Positions 1-12,694 of a stretch of 64,000 nucleotides of DNA are shown piece by piece. The notes beneath the pieces were generated by a model. That model did not search any database, was not told the DNA's origin, and was given only the letters and a program-made list of their open reading frames with translations. Both the position numbers and the translations under genes were made by a program. The stretch spans positions 10,664,001 through 10,728,000 of the forward strand of contig JAYWIR010000001.1 in NCBI GenBank assembly GCA_036172245.1, given 5' to 3'. How positions within the stretch are numbered: position 1 is the first letter of the stretch; the number at the start of each line of letters is the position of its first letter. This DNA is from Raillietiella orientalis (taxonomy: Eukaryota).

Positions 1-976
1 CACATGCATAAATAAATAAACTATTATCCACATTCACAGCATGTAGAATTTTTACCTGATTGATGAAACACTCACTTATAGAAGCTATTTGCCAAATCAA
101 AAATATTTGATAATAATCAGATTACAGAATGCTTTAGGACATGGACAAAATGATTTATTCTTCCACACCTTAACATGGCAACTGAATTATGAAAAAAATA
201 GAATTATGAAAAAATGCTGTAATTTCTTAACAGGAATAAACTGATCCCAGATTACTAATATAATGGATTCTTGGATTGTGCTTGGATTCTTTATTGAAAT
301 CTGATGATATGTCATCTCTTGAAACAGTTTTCAAAATAAAAATACTTTCTGCAATTTCTGCACTTTCTCCCTTGATAATTATGTGCAACTTGCAAAACTT
401 TTCAACATCTACAAAATCTTATGCAAGACAATGAGAATCAACTCCATCACTAAACACAACTAAACCTCAGAAAGGCGTAACGAAATTTTCACATAATTCC
501 ATGTCACTAAAGGAGTACAAGAATAAACTACACTGGATTTGTGTTCCTCTGTTCACATGTGCTTAGGAAAATAAAAAGAATACAAAAGAATGATATGATT
601 AACTCAGCAATTGATGAGCATGCTGATCGGATTTGTCCAAAGTCACAATTAAGGTATCTCATTAGAACATATATTTGAAAGTTTTCTTCTTAAAATAATG
701 GCTTACATTGATTCAATAAACACATCAAAGGATTTAAACAGGATTTGAAAATGTTGAATACCTGAAAAGATCTACAGCTTGAAAAATATTGTACAAAAGT
801 AATTCAGCTATTTCGGAAATCCAAATTAATTCATTATGAAAGGTTATGGAACATTCATTACTACCATTCCTTTTTAAACACGGCACAGGAATCACACTAC
901 GGAACTTTCAAACGAAAATCATTTGTGGCATAGAAAGCTTCCATTTAACAGATTTCGAATTAGAAACTCATCTTAC

Positions 977-1083
977 CTGTGTTTTAGTTTATGTCGATGG
1001 CTATTTAGCCTTATTCCTGAAGAAGAAGGCATTCCGTTGGTGATACTTGGTGTATCAGAAGTAGCGGATAAATTGACCACCAT
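977..1083 (-). CDS. NUAK: NUAK-family (AMPK-related) Ser/Thr kinase, first coding exon; gene continues beyond the left edge of the window
   Basis: Manual translation of the minus strand from ATG 1083 gives MVVNLSATSDTPSITNGMPSSSGIRLNSHRHKLKH(R), ending at a strong phase-2 donor CAG|GTAAGA (976). NSHRHKLKHR matches the basic/His motif just before the kinase domain in NUAKs (human NUAK1 HKHNLKHRY, Drosophila NUAK NNHRKKLRQRF; recalled from memory). An acceptor TTCAAATAG lies at 1088. No GxGxYG exon was found in 1-976. Confidence 0.72.
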
Positions 1084-4000
1084 GATTCTATTTGAATGTT
1101 ATGTTCTGTTCATCAAATGCATGTCGCTACCTAACTCCAGCTGTAATTTGTCAATATGGGTTGCATTGTGCTTTTTACAAAATGAATACTATATAGGAAA
1201 TAAGGCTATATAGTTATTTAAAAATTGTATCATTGATTCTCATGCATATACCCTCAACTTTTAAGCATATTTAGGAATGCCGACACCTTATAATATGCAC
1301 TTAACGATTAAACATATATACTTTACTTGTTAAACACAAAAGTCAGCAGCAAACAAATTTAAAATGTACAAACGGAAAAAAACGAGTGCCATAAGTTATG
1401 ATAATGCACCATCGTTGCAACCCACCACACCTTGCAGGTATTACCGATGTACTAAAACCCCGTTTTATTTGTGCAGATTACCAAGTGTCTGTTGCAAAAT
1501 TTGTATACGTAATCATTTATTTGTGAATTTTTCTTGCAAGATTCGTGACTTACGCCGTAGAATTAGGAGACCGTATTTTACTTTAATGCATGATCAAGCC
1601 AATAGAAAAGCTGAATTAGTAAATAATCATGGGGATTTTGATGAATATTTCTGCGCATCTGCATGCCATGCATAGCAAATGCATGTGCAGATACACACAT
1701 GAGTACACATGTACATGTGCATTTATGTATAATATTTGTATACATACAGATACTAAGCAGAAAAATGTGAAAACACCTGAAGGTGCATAAACATACACGC
1801 ACTCATACACACACATACATATATAGGTGCTATCAGTATGTATTTTAGTTGCGGGTCTCATTTTTTTCAGATTTTTCCAGGTTTTACAAGGAGTTTTAAA
1901 AAAATAAGCAACCTTTAAAGGCTAGGAGTTTTTTGTAAATTAATAATGCACTCTAAAAATATCATATATACAATTTTTTAATCAAAAAATTCTGATAAGA
2001 TTGCTCTGATACAACCCACATAGAGCTTGAATATTCAGCTACAACGCTATTCTTTCGGCCGATTGATTCATACGGCGCGATCCAGAAATTTCATCAGGTA
2101 TCAAATTGCAAAAGTTGTGACATCTTTCAATCACTGCAAAATGACATCATTCGAAAGACCTGTCACAGAGTGACCGTGAGTGATAGTCGATTTGCGTTTG
2201 ATTTCTTATGAGATGTGTGCGTTCATGCTCGCCGCCCGGCTCCTTCCGGTGGTTTGGATTCCATACTGAAAGTTCCGGGAAAGGTTCCGGGCTCCTGTAA
2301 TGGTCTATGTGACCATGGAAGCCATTCTTTAGAGCATCATCGTTACTCAGCCCCTGAAGTTCTCCTGAAACATCAAGTAGATCCAAGAGTCTGTCTCGCT
2401 GGCAACAACAACAATGAGGTGCAAATTCTTCCCGTCTCCTTCTGGGGTCAGATTTCCTGCCATCATTTCCGCATTCTCTCACTTTTCATGTGAAGCGCGG
2501 AAGCGGAGGTTCGAGCACTTCAAAGTGAAGAGAACGGATCGATAGAGCGGGGGGTGAGTTGCGCCGGAAACGGAGCAAGAACCTCGCTTCCAGGCGACCA
2601 TTGCTCTTTGGGGATCCCGCCTACTGCGAAAGCGGGCTGACGAATGGCGCGCGCGGGCAAAGAGGGTTGCAAGGAGGAAAAGGAAGCAGCAGGTTTCGCA
2701 AGTGACTACCAGTCGGACTTCTGCAGAGGAAGCATTTTCGTTCCTCTCTTCCTTTTTTTTTTTTCTTTTCTTCCTACTCCCTTCCCGGCTGCGTAGGTGC
2801 GGAACGAAAACACTGGTACAAGCATTGGAGAGTGCTAGCAAGAGCCCGTTTTCTAGAATCATCGTCTTCCACCGAACGGGAAGGCACCCAGAGCGCTTGC
2901 GCAAGGAAGCGAGCTGTCGGAGCGCGTGTCACTGGAGGAGGGAACCTCGTTGCTGAGCAATGCTGCCCACCCTTTGCACCCTCCCCCTCTCCTCTCGCTC
3001 ACTTGACTACCTTGAGACGCACGTGAAGGGTGAAAGCGGCCGGCCTCATCCCTCGGGAGAAAGAAAGCTCGCGAGGAGTCGCCGGCAGTACTCCGCGAGC
3101 GGGAAAGTTACCTGCGGGAGGAATCGGACCCGCGCAGAGGCTCTCGCGTTGCCCCAGTGCGATGGGCTTTGCATTCGAGTTTCCGTGCTCGACTTCACTG
3201 CTGAAGCTGGAAGCGGAAACGAGACGCCTTACCCTTTCTCCTCCTCACTCGGACAACCCCGGCTGAAGCAAAAATTCCTTGTTGGGACGTTCGGCTGTAT
3301 CTTTTTTTCTCCTCCCCCCCCCCCTTCCATTCCTTTCTCCTTTCTCTGATGCAGGACGCGAGAGAACCTGACTCTCGGCTCGAGTCCCCTCCGGTCATGT
3401 GTTATCACCATCGTGTCCTTTTCTCACCTCCTTCCCTCCATCTGCTTTCTCCAGCCCTCTCTGCGCGCTCCAAGAAGTGAAGACCAGCGGACTGATCGCG
3501 CAGGAAACGCGGTTTCCCACCTATTCCAGGGCGAGCAGATGCACACGTGCGCCTTAACCTTGGAGGTGAGACTCCACTCCAGTCGCATGGGCAGTAGAAA
3601 TCCTAGGTTTCGAAGAGTGGACAGATGGGAAAATGGCAGCCACCGAGTCGCCCAGGCAACGACTCTTCCGGAGTCAGGCAGCGACTTCTCTTCCGTCCTT
3701 TCTCTGGGCAGAGCAGGGCATCGTTGAGTGGAAAAGGGGTAGAGGGAAGGAGGAGGAGGTCACCACAGTAAACTCGAAGTCTCTCTTGGAGACTTCATCC
3801 TTGGACGTGAAGGATGCACCCCGTTTTCCCACCCCTTCCCATTGCCTCAGGAGCTCTTGGTTCGCGGGGGAAGGAATGCTCCCCCAGAGGACACAAAGAG
3901 CACGGAAGACGTTTCAAGTAAAGAAGGGGGTCTCCAGCATCCCTAGGAGAGGCCTTACTTGACTTCCCCAGGAATCTCCCGGAGGATGGCTGCGGATCGC

Positions 4001-7000
4001 ACTAGAGCTGCAAACGCCCTGCTTCTCTGGCCTCCCTTCCCCACCCCCTTCCTTCACAAGCGAAATCCGGCATCACCACACCTAGTGGTCGGCCATCGTT
4101 GGCGCCAGGAGCGGTACTACTCGGACGACCCGCCTCTGCAGGAGCCTGTGTGCACCAGGGCATTGCTCCCGAGACACGCAGCAGGTGCGAAAGAGGAGTG
4201 GAGGATTCAAAGGGATACCTGACCTGTGAATTCCCACCGAGGGAACCATGGCATCCAAGGGAAGCAAGAGAAGCTGAAGAGACAATGTCAGGTGCTCGCA
4301 CTCTTGACAATGCACCCGACTGTAAGCAGCAGTATCTAGCGGCGGCACTGCGAACCTCCTCAGGCGCTTCAGGAGCAAGCGAGCAAGCCATCAGGCCAAA
4401 GAGTTTTCTTGCCTCCCACAGCCCTCTGGGTTTTCGGCGCGTGTGGCCGCAGCAAGGCTCGAAGATGGCCATCAGCCTTGCATCAGCATCAGACACGTGG
4501 CGCTGCGTGTCCGGTGCCGGCAGCTGCATCTATAGGTGGCACTGAGAACCATGAACGCAAAGATAGGGACCGTCGCGCGTGCGCATGCTCCTTTCGGAAA
4601 GAGGGAGGCAAGAAGGGGACTAGGGACAAAAGGGATGCAGAGATCAGACTCCGGTGAAGCGTTGTCCTAGATAACAATGTGGGAAAAGCGAAACTCCGGG
4701 AGTACAAGAGGACATGACCTCTCCCTTGGTCCGTTTCCATAGGGATGTCACCTATCGTCAGCCCATGAGCCTCAAAGACCCCCCGAGAGAAGGGGGAGGG
4801 GGTCTTTGCATAATGAAGGGGTCCTTCAGGCACACACTTCCAACATTCTTCCGAGCCCTCCGTTATGGCGCGAGGAAGCTGTGGGAGGACCGGAAGAGGA
4901 TCGAAAGAGATAGGCTCCCCGGGAGCTTGCAGAGAAGGGCGCAGGAGATTGAGGGGGAATTGACGTGGCCTTTGAAACTTGCGCTTCCGCCCCATTACCC
5001 TCTTCTTCACCCCAGGGAGGCGGTTAGAGGAGGCAGGGTCTGACCACCAGCAGTGGGAGGGCCATGCAGGAGCGTTTCCGGTGCATCAAGGGGAAGGGTG
5101 TGGACGTGAACACGCCCTCGGAATCCATTTTCTCCTCCTCCTCCCCCTTTCCCCTCGCGTTTCTCGATACCGGCGCATAGCAAGGTCAAGGTCGTTCTCG
5201 AAGGCTTTCAGGTAGATTTCCGACCCCATCCGGCCTGATGTGCTCTTGCAGGAGCAGCGCTCTCCTCCCGAGGGAAGGGTGGAGTGGTCGCATTTCTTCC
5301 AACCCCCTCCCTCCTCCGCCCTCTCGAGTTGATCCCCGGCAGTTCAGACCCAGAGGTGCCCACCGAACGTCGCGAGAAAGCAGGAGGAGCGCTGTCTGCC
5401 TCCTCCAGACGACGTTGTCCCGCTCCGAGAGGGGCTTCGCCCCTGGGAGATACTCGTGAGTTGGAAGGGGAGCGATGGCCGTGGCGGCCACCGTTTCTTC
5501 GAGTGGGAGGAGGGAGGGAAAGGGAAGCCCTGCAGCAGCCGCCGGTCGCAGGCGTCTTGCGGGACTCGGGAATGCCGCAGGAACCGGAGCGCCAAGAGGG
5601 TCAGCTCAACTTCCGGTCTCAACCCTTTCCTCTTTCGTCCGGAACTCGCTGCCCGGCCGAACGCTGCGCAGCAGCTGCCGTCTTCCCTGCGCGCAGCTTC
5701 GGAGGCGCAGCTAGGGGTTCGAGGAGGGCCTTCGCTTGCGCACCGCTCGAGCCATTGAGCTCGCCAGAGGATGCTTTGCGGGTGGCGCTCCTCGGCTTGT
5801 CCGGTGTGCGAAAGGAGTAAGAGTCCTCGACCCCATCTCGTTGGTCGCTCGGTTGACCGCTGGACCGCGGGAGCGGACGGACCCGCAGTTTGAGCTCATG
5901 CTCCCCCCGTTTCGCCGGGAAAGTCGCCGCGGACAGAGAGAGAGATACGTAGGGGCTGTGCTAGCAGGACGAAGCACGGCGCTTCGGCACGTTTCTTCCC
6001 GGATGCTTCATCCCTTCCTGGATGCTCCGATGATATCAAAGAAACGAGCAAGATCAAGCAAAGCCCCGCCGGCTTTGCGGGTGCTTGGAAGCAGTCTGCA
6101 ACCCAGGCCAGTCTCAGCAACCCATGACCTCAGGACGCATGAAAGATAGCCACTAGGGAGCTTTTTTCTTAACCATCCTAAGTTCCTCAGCTATTCGTGA
6201 CAACAACGCGGCGCCAAAAGCTCCATGGCAGCCTCCATGGAGCACCACTTCTGAGCTTGTTGAATCGAACAGAGCTCTCACCGCATTTTTCCTTTCGTTT
6301 TCACTTCTCTCTAGAAGCAAAAGCCACCACACCTCTGCATGGCGGCGCATCCTTGTGTTTCTCTCCTGGTAGGTTCAAAATCACCACGAATGGAACTTAA
6401 ACAGAACGTAAGAAAGTAAAGTGCTGTGTGCGCTTCGCTTTAGAATGGGCACCGTTTGTCACTTCATTCTGCTACATTCATTAAATGTACTATTGAACAA
6501 AATCCCTTCAACCAGGAGGGAGTGAGGCATGGAAAATATGCAGAGCTCATCGTGCTTGGAAAATTTATCACTATTTTTTTTTTCTTTTCTCTTCCCTTCC
6601 CCCCCCCCCCCCGTGAGATGGCACTTTTGGAGCATTCGGCAGTCCAATGCCGTACGTTCTTCAAGTGGGGCGGCCATGATTTGGAACGATCACGCTCGAT
6701 AAAAATCGCATGGCATCTTCGTTTCCTCGACCGGCATCACGGAAATGCCTGCACATTTCTGCACCGCTTGCCGCCGGGAAGAAACAGGGAAGAAAACTTG
6801 TCGCAAGTCGGAGGAGAATATTTGGCATGGGAGCAGTCAAGTTCACTGACTTTTGAATCGTGCAGGAAAGGAATTCGAATTCGGGAATCTCCTTCGCTTT
6901 CATGGTTGCCTATTCGGTCGGTTGCGTTGAAATGCCTGCTGCACCTCATGGAAGTCTTCAAACTTCGTATCATCCCAGCCGGGAAGAAATAAATCGCTAC

Positions 7001-10000
7001 TACCTTCAGCGAGTAGCTGTCGCATTATCCTTGTCACTATGAATAGACCTTAAGCTTGGCTTCTCTTAAGAGTCCCAACCGAAACTCTTTTGTTAATGCT
7101 CTAATATATCAGTCGTGTCTCCCTCTCTTTCTGGCGCTTTCCCGCGCGCGCTCTCTTTTGCTAAGAAAAATTTTTCGACTACTAAAAAAAATTCACCATG
7201 GAATCACCAGCCGCATCACACAGTGCAAAGGTGGGCGGGCGCGTTGGCAAGGAAACGGTCAAATTGTTGATGGCCGCTTCAGTGGTGCGCTTCTTTTCCG
7301 CGAACCCGACAACGCGGCACACATGCCGACCTCCAGACTCGTTGCGCTGCAACAATTGTGTCTGATCCTTCTCCGTGATTGGACGACCGTATTGTTAAAT
7401 ATAGCTCTTTCTCCCCCCTCCGTCCAAGAGCGGAATGTTTGATCGATTCCCCCCTCCCCCTCCCTCCCTTCTCCTCCGCTCCTGATCTCGGGTTTTCAGT
7501 GAAAAAGTGAAAACACCCAGGCGCTAAAGGATCGAAAGTGCTCCCAAATGTCTCGAAGATCCGCGTTGTGGACGCCGTGGCCAACGAGGTGGCGTGGATT
7601 CCTGTCTCGCAGTGCTCGCGGCGGGACGGCGGCAGCGAACTTTCTGAAAGGAAGTGGGCAAGCGACTCGGTTCTAGCCCAGTTTTGTTTCCTTCAAAAGA
7701 GAAAAACATACAAATGGCTGCCTTCAGCTTTTGACTCCTTTCGTGTAATTCACCTTCCCGACCTTGAAGGCCCACTTTTGGAAGCACGCCAAAAGATTCA
7801 TGAGGTCTCGTCTTACGGTCGTGTGTTCTCGGATTAAAGGGTAACGCGAGTGCGCGAACGGGAAACCTCGACTCGCTCAGCTGTCAAAAGAAAGGGTTTG
7901 CAGTGCATAAAGATCGGTTTCTTCTTCCTTTTCCTCTCTCTCTGTCCTCAACCTTTCTCGTTCTCCCTTCCCGTGGAGAAGGAAACTGAACCGATGACTA
8001 TAGTAACCGAGCCTCATAGCGAAGTTCTTTTTTCTCTTTCGCTATATCATGGAGGAGGGGAGGGGGACTGTCGAGCCGTCGGAGAGCTTCTGCGAGCTCT
8101 TCGCGAGCAGTTCCTTTCGATTCCTCTGCAAGGTTAGCAGCCCAAAGGTTTTTCTTTTTCTTAGGTCCTCTCTCGTGCACCTTGCTCCCTGTGTCGGGAG
8201 CCATGCTCAGGGAATGTGCTGCTTGCTCCCGCGGCAGACTCCGAGAACCTCCAATAGTCCCTGCTTCCCGTCCTCCCCACCAACTTTCCACGAAAAGTCC
8301 CCCACCTTCATCCCTTCTTCCCTTCCGGATGAGGGCAGGCGAACTTCCCGAACGAAGATACCGGCAACTCGAAACTGGCTCCTAGACAGCTCGAGGAAGG
8401 CGCCAACGGAATCCTTGCCGGCATCTCACGCTAACTCCTCTTCCACTTTCTTCCCCCTCTTAATCTCCCTCTCCGCCCATTCATCCGCTGATTCCGGATG
8501 AGCGTGGTCCACAGAGAGAAAGATGCTCACTCCAATGGAACGCGAGCAGGACGTGCCCTTCCAGCACGCTTCATTCCTTCGCTGCGGCTAATCCTCTCTC
8601 AGGGAATCCTGGAGACCCCTCTGGGGGCCTCTCCGACCTATCGGTCTTTCTTTCAGAAACCTAGAGAGAAGGCGCGCCAGGAGTGACATCGCGCCGCCGC
8701 CCCGCCTTCCAGAGTGGCACTCCTGATAAGGGATGCATCTCATCCCCTCCTCACTGGAGCCCCTTTCACCGAAAGGGGTTGTTTCCCGGTTCCGTCCGTG
8801 AACAAGCAGCCCGTCCCCTCTGCGTGAAGAATCGGGCTTTTCGGCCTATCCTTGACGCATGTTTCCTGGGGGACCGTGTGGAAGGTCAAAATGCCTCTGG
8901 GAGCGAATAGACCTCGGGAGCTCATCGGGGAAGACCGAGGATGAATCTCAAGTTGGATGTGTTTGTGTGTGTGTTTTCTTGTTTCTTTTTGCAAGGATCG
9001 CTAGCCTCCCTCCAGGGAGACGGTGACCTCTCTGGCTCAGAAAGCAGGCGAGCGTACGCAGAGAACGCGGGCATGCGAAAAAAAAGGGAACCGTGACTGT
9101 AGAATTGAAGCTGCAGGGGAGCGAGATAGCAGAATCCTGGATGCAGCCGAAAATGAGAGGTGCAGTTCTTTTGGAGGATGCTCAGAAACCGTGTAAATAG
9201 ATCATAGCTTGTCCACCAGATCTGGCTGTTCTAAGGACAGCGTAACCGCATACCGGTAAATCCCAGGGAAGCGCTTCCGAGACATTCCGGTTTTCGCCGT
9301 GGAATGAAATCGAACCGCAGTTGAGTGCGCCTCCGAGTAGTGGATACCCGAAAATGGACGGCGAAGAAAGCGTATCCTCGTTTTTCTGAGATCGTCTTCC
9401 TGGGGAAAGAAAGAAGGATGAGATTCTGCCAACCCAGCAGGGAATTCTGGCCGGGAGAGAGAAATACCGACGACGTTCCTGATCGCCCATGGAAGCCTCG
9501 TTGTCGTCGAGCTGCCTTTCGTCTTCCCAGCGTGCCAGACCAAGAAAAACTTCCCTTTCTGGCACGGTGCCGTGAACTCCCTTGAGCTACGGGAATGCCG
9601 TCTGTGAGTGTTCGGCTTTCTCGGGCTTGACCGATACGCCCAGCCCACACTGCCTTCGCGGTTTCGCGTGCGAACCAGGGTCATCTTTCTCGCTTCTACT
9701 TCTGCCACCACCGGAACGACCCGTGGTCTACCAGTCTATCCCTTTGGGACTGAGGGATCTTCGACGCTCTGTTTCCCGTTTTTTTTGGGGGGAAGTTCCT
9801 CGTGGAGGGGCAGTTGTAAACGCACCAAGGGGTGAAACCACACTTTAATCTTAGCCAAAAGGCCGAGAAGCGATGTGACCAATGCCGAAAGAGCAGCGAG
9901 CCTTCCTCCGATTCGAGACAAATAAGAACGGAGAAAAAAAAAAAAATTCGTGAAAGTTCGATGACACGTTTCAAAAAAGACAGGTACTCCCGGAAAGTCC

Positions 10001-10794
10001 CTGAAATGGTTCGTCATCTTGCTACAGGAAGTGAAAGCCGAGGTGATGCTATTTTGTTCGAGGAAAAGTTTCCGTCTTCCATTCCGTTCGAGAAAAGCAT
10101 CTTTGCGTGTTGCACCACCACCTTCATCGTGAAAGCCTTCAGAAGGGCGTTCACGACCAAACTATCTACCAGGCAGGCTAGTTCGTTGCTGCACAGTGTC
10201 GCGAGAACTCTTTTGGACCTAGCAGACAAATTTCATCTCACTAGTGGACTGGATTCGAAAATTCCACCGCAACATGTGAAAGGGCTCTCCATATCAGTTC
10301 GTCTACCGCATAGGTATGCGTGAAGAATAAAGTGAGCGCATTCGCGCGCTCACATCACGAACTGGCGTTAAGAGGAAAAACCTAGCCCGAGTGGACCAAA
10401 TGGACTGCCATGCTGTGAGGAGCAGGTCCATAAATATGCCAACCCCTGGATGTACAAGCGCAGGTGTGTGCTTCAACGAAGCATCCCAGATGTCTCGCCT
10501 TTCGGAATGGCAGGAGGACTGACTGGACTCACTTAGGTGTTCAAAGCAGAAAAATCACCCAGTCTGGTCCATAATCAGCGCAAGGTAAAGGGATGACAAG
10601 GGATCATGGCAGGAAGGATTGAACTCCTCTTGAAAACCCGTTGCAGGCAACTCTGATGAAATGCGTTCCCCTGAAGAGAAATCCAATGAGGGATTAGTGC
10701 AGGGGAAGAGTTAAGTCCAGGATCCACCGAGGAAGAAGTTTTTTTTTGTTCGTATCTCGACCTGGAGAGCGGACCATCACTTCTAACGCTCCAC

Positions 10795-10826
10795 TCAAGA
10801 ACGCAGAGAACTTCAAGAACGCAGAG
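10795..10826. repeat. Short direct repeat, 18-bp period
   Basis: TCAAGAACGCAGAG at 10795-10808 and 10813-10826. Confidence 0.85.
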
Positions 10827-12658
10827 GTTTCACCGCATGATCAGAAAGCGAAAACGAAGCCACTTGAAATCGAAGCTCCGCGTCGTTCGTGCAGGGAACT
10901 GAGAGCGAAACGGAGCAGTGGAGCCAAGTGGCCACACCAAGAAATGCACCAGACGCAAAGGCTCTCTCTCTCTGCAACGCGACACATCCGAATCCAAATG
11001 TGGTGCGATGCCGTTTCGTTCTCGCGTCGGCGGCCGCAAGGACGGAAGGAAGGGAAGTGGACCCGTAAAAGAACCTCAGAGTGGGACCAACCTCCCGTTT
11101 CGGCCGGACGCTCCCCAGGTTTTACGACCGCTGCCCAAAGTTAGCTGCCGTTCTTAGCCGCCCGTGTTTCCCACGAAAAATGACCACGTGGGGTGGAATC
11201 GAAAGCTTCACCGCGAGCCGAACGGGGTCTGCTGATGAAATCTCATATCCGCTCTGTCTACAGGACTCCACTCTATCTTTTTCGTAGTTTCCTAACCGCT
11301 CGACGCCGGTGGTCACTGCAATCGCAGCCTATTCACTATCCACTGCTAATAGAGCAGGCACGGATTTTGTGAGAAAGGAGTGCACGGCAGCCTAAAAGTT
11401 TCCGATGGAACTTCCGACTCCAAGAAACGCAGACCGGGTGCCGAGTTCATCCTGAAGTAATGTGGCCACCTCCTCCTCTTGTGAATAGAATTTATTTATG
11501 CAGCGGACACCTTGGGGAAAAAATAAAAATAAATGCGAGGCGGGTTTGTCGTGTCGACGATCTATCTTATCTCCTGAATAATCCAGCTTTTCGTTGCTTC
11601 TGGCGATACCAGCAATGGTTTCTACTTTTGAATGAAAATCATCACTTTCAATGAAGACGCTCAGCGCTAGATAAGCAGGAGCTTCTTTATCTGTTTCTTC
11701 TTTATCTATTTTCGTGTTATTCTGATGTTTGCACAGATGTGTTTACGACACACATGCGCGCTCATTTGCTGAGCAAAAGTGTATGATGGCATCCGAAAGA
11801 TTTCCGAAGGATGCGAGAGGTTTCTTCGGACACCGAATCCGGAAAAATAATTGTGATAAATAATAAGATAAAATGGGGTTCCAGATTAGATCGAAAACTT
11901 GAGATAAGGGCCGTTCAGTGGTATGCCAACAGGTAAGATCACGTGATCTGTGCAGCAGATATGCTCTTGCGTTGTGGCTGTGACCATCTAAGAACAGAAT
12001 CCTAATGTGGCGCGGCGGAGAGCTGCCGAGGAAGTGCCCTGTGCACTCTTAGGAGCAGCAGCCAAGGAAACGAGGCATACGGATGCCTTGCGGCTTTTGC
12101 CATTTGTGGCTCGAATTCGAAACTCTCCTTTGTGCTTCTAAGGGGAAGAATGTTGCATCGACAAAGAATGCTCTCTAGCGTTCCAAGTTCTTGCTGCTGC
12201 AGAGCTATGCGTTGCCTCGTGCCCATCATGCAAAGGGATGCAATCTGAGTCAGGTGAACCATCCACAAGAGGATGAACCGGGAGCGAAAAAATTTTCGAT
12301 TTCTTATCGCAACTGATTTGGGCTCCATAGCAATGCGCGAGCGTCTCTCTTGCTGCTGACACAGCCGCCTGCAAGAAAACCCACTAACATGTTCAACGAC
12401 GTCGTCAGCTACCAGACGAATAATTCCAAACACGAGTCTGAGTGCTCCCATCTGTAGTCATGGAAGGTCTTTATTCAAGGACAACGTCAGAACGTCCCCC
12501 GGATGCGCGCCTCCATCCATGATGCACAGCTCCCTTGCTTGATCAGAGTGTCATGAAGCACGCGTGCCTACTCGTAGGGAGTTTACTGTTGACAACCCTA
12601 CTTGGGTTCGACATTCTACAACAAACTGAGCAGAGAAGGAAGCGTTGTAAAGGGGACA

Positions 12659-12694
12659 AAGATTGAGTCGTTGTCTCTGACACGACTCAATCTT
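12659..12694. repeat. Inverted repeat / strong hairpin
   Basis: AAGATTGAGTCGT (12659-12671) is the exact reverse complement of ACGACTCAATCTT (12682-12694). Confidence 0.9.
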
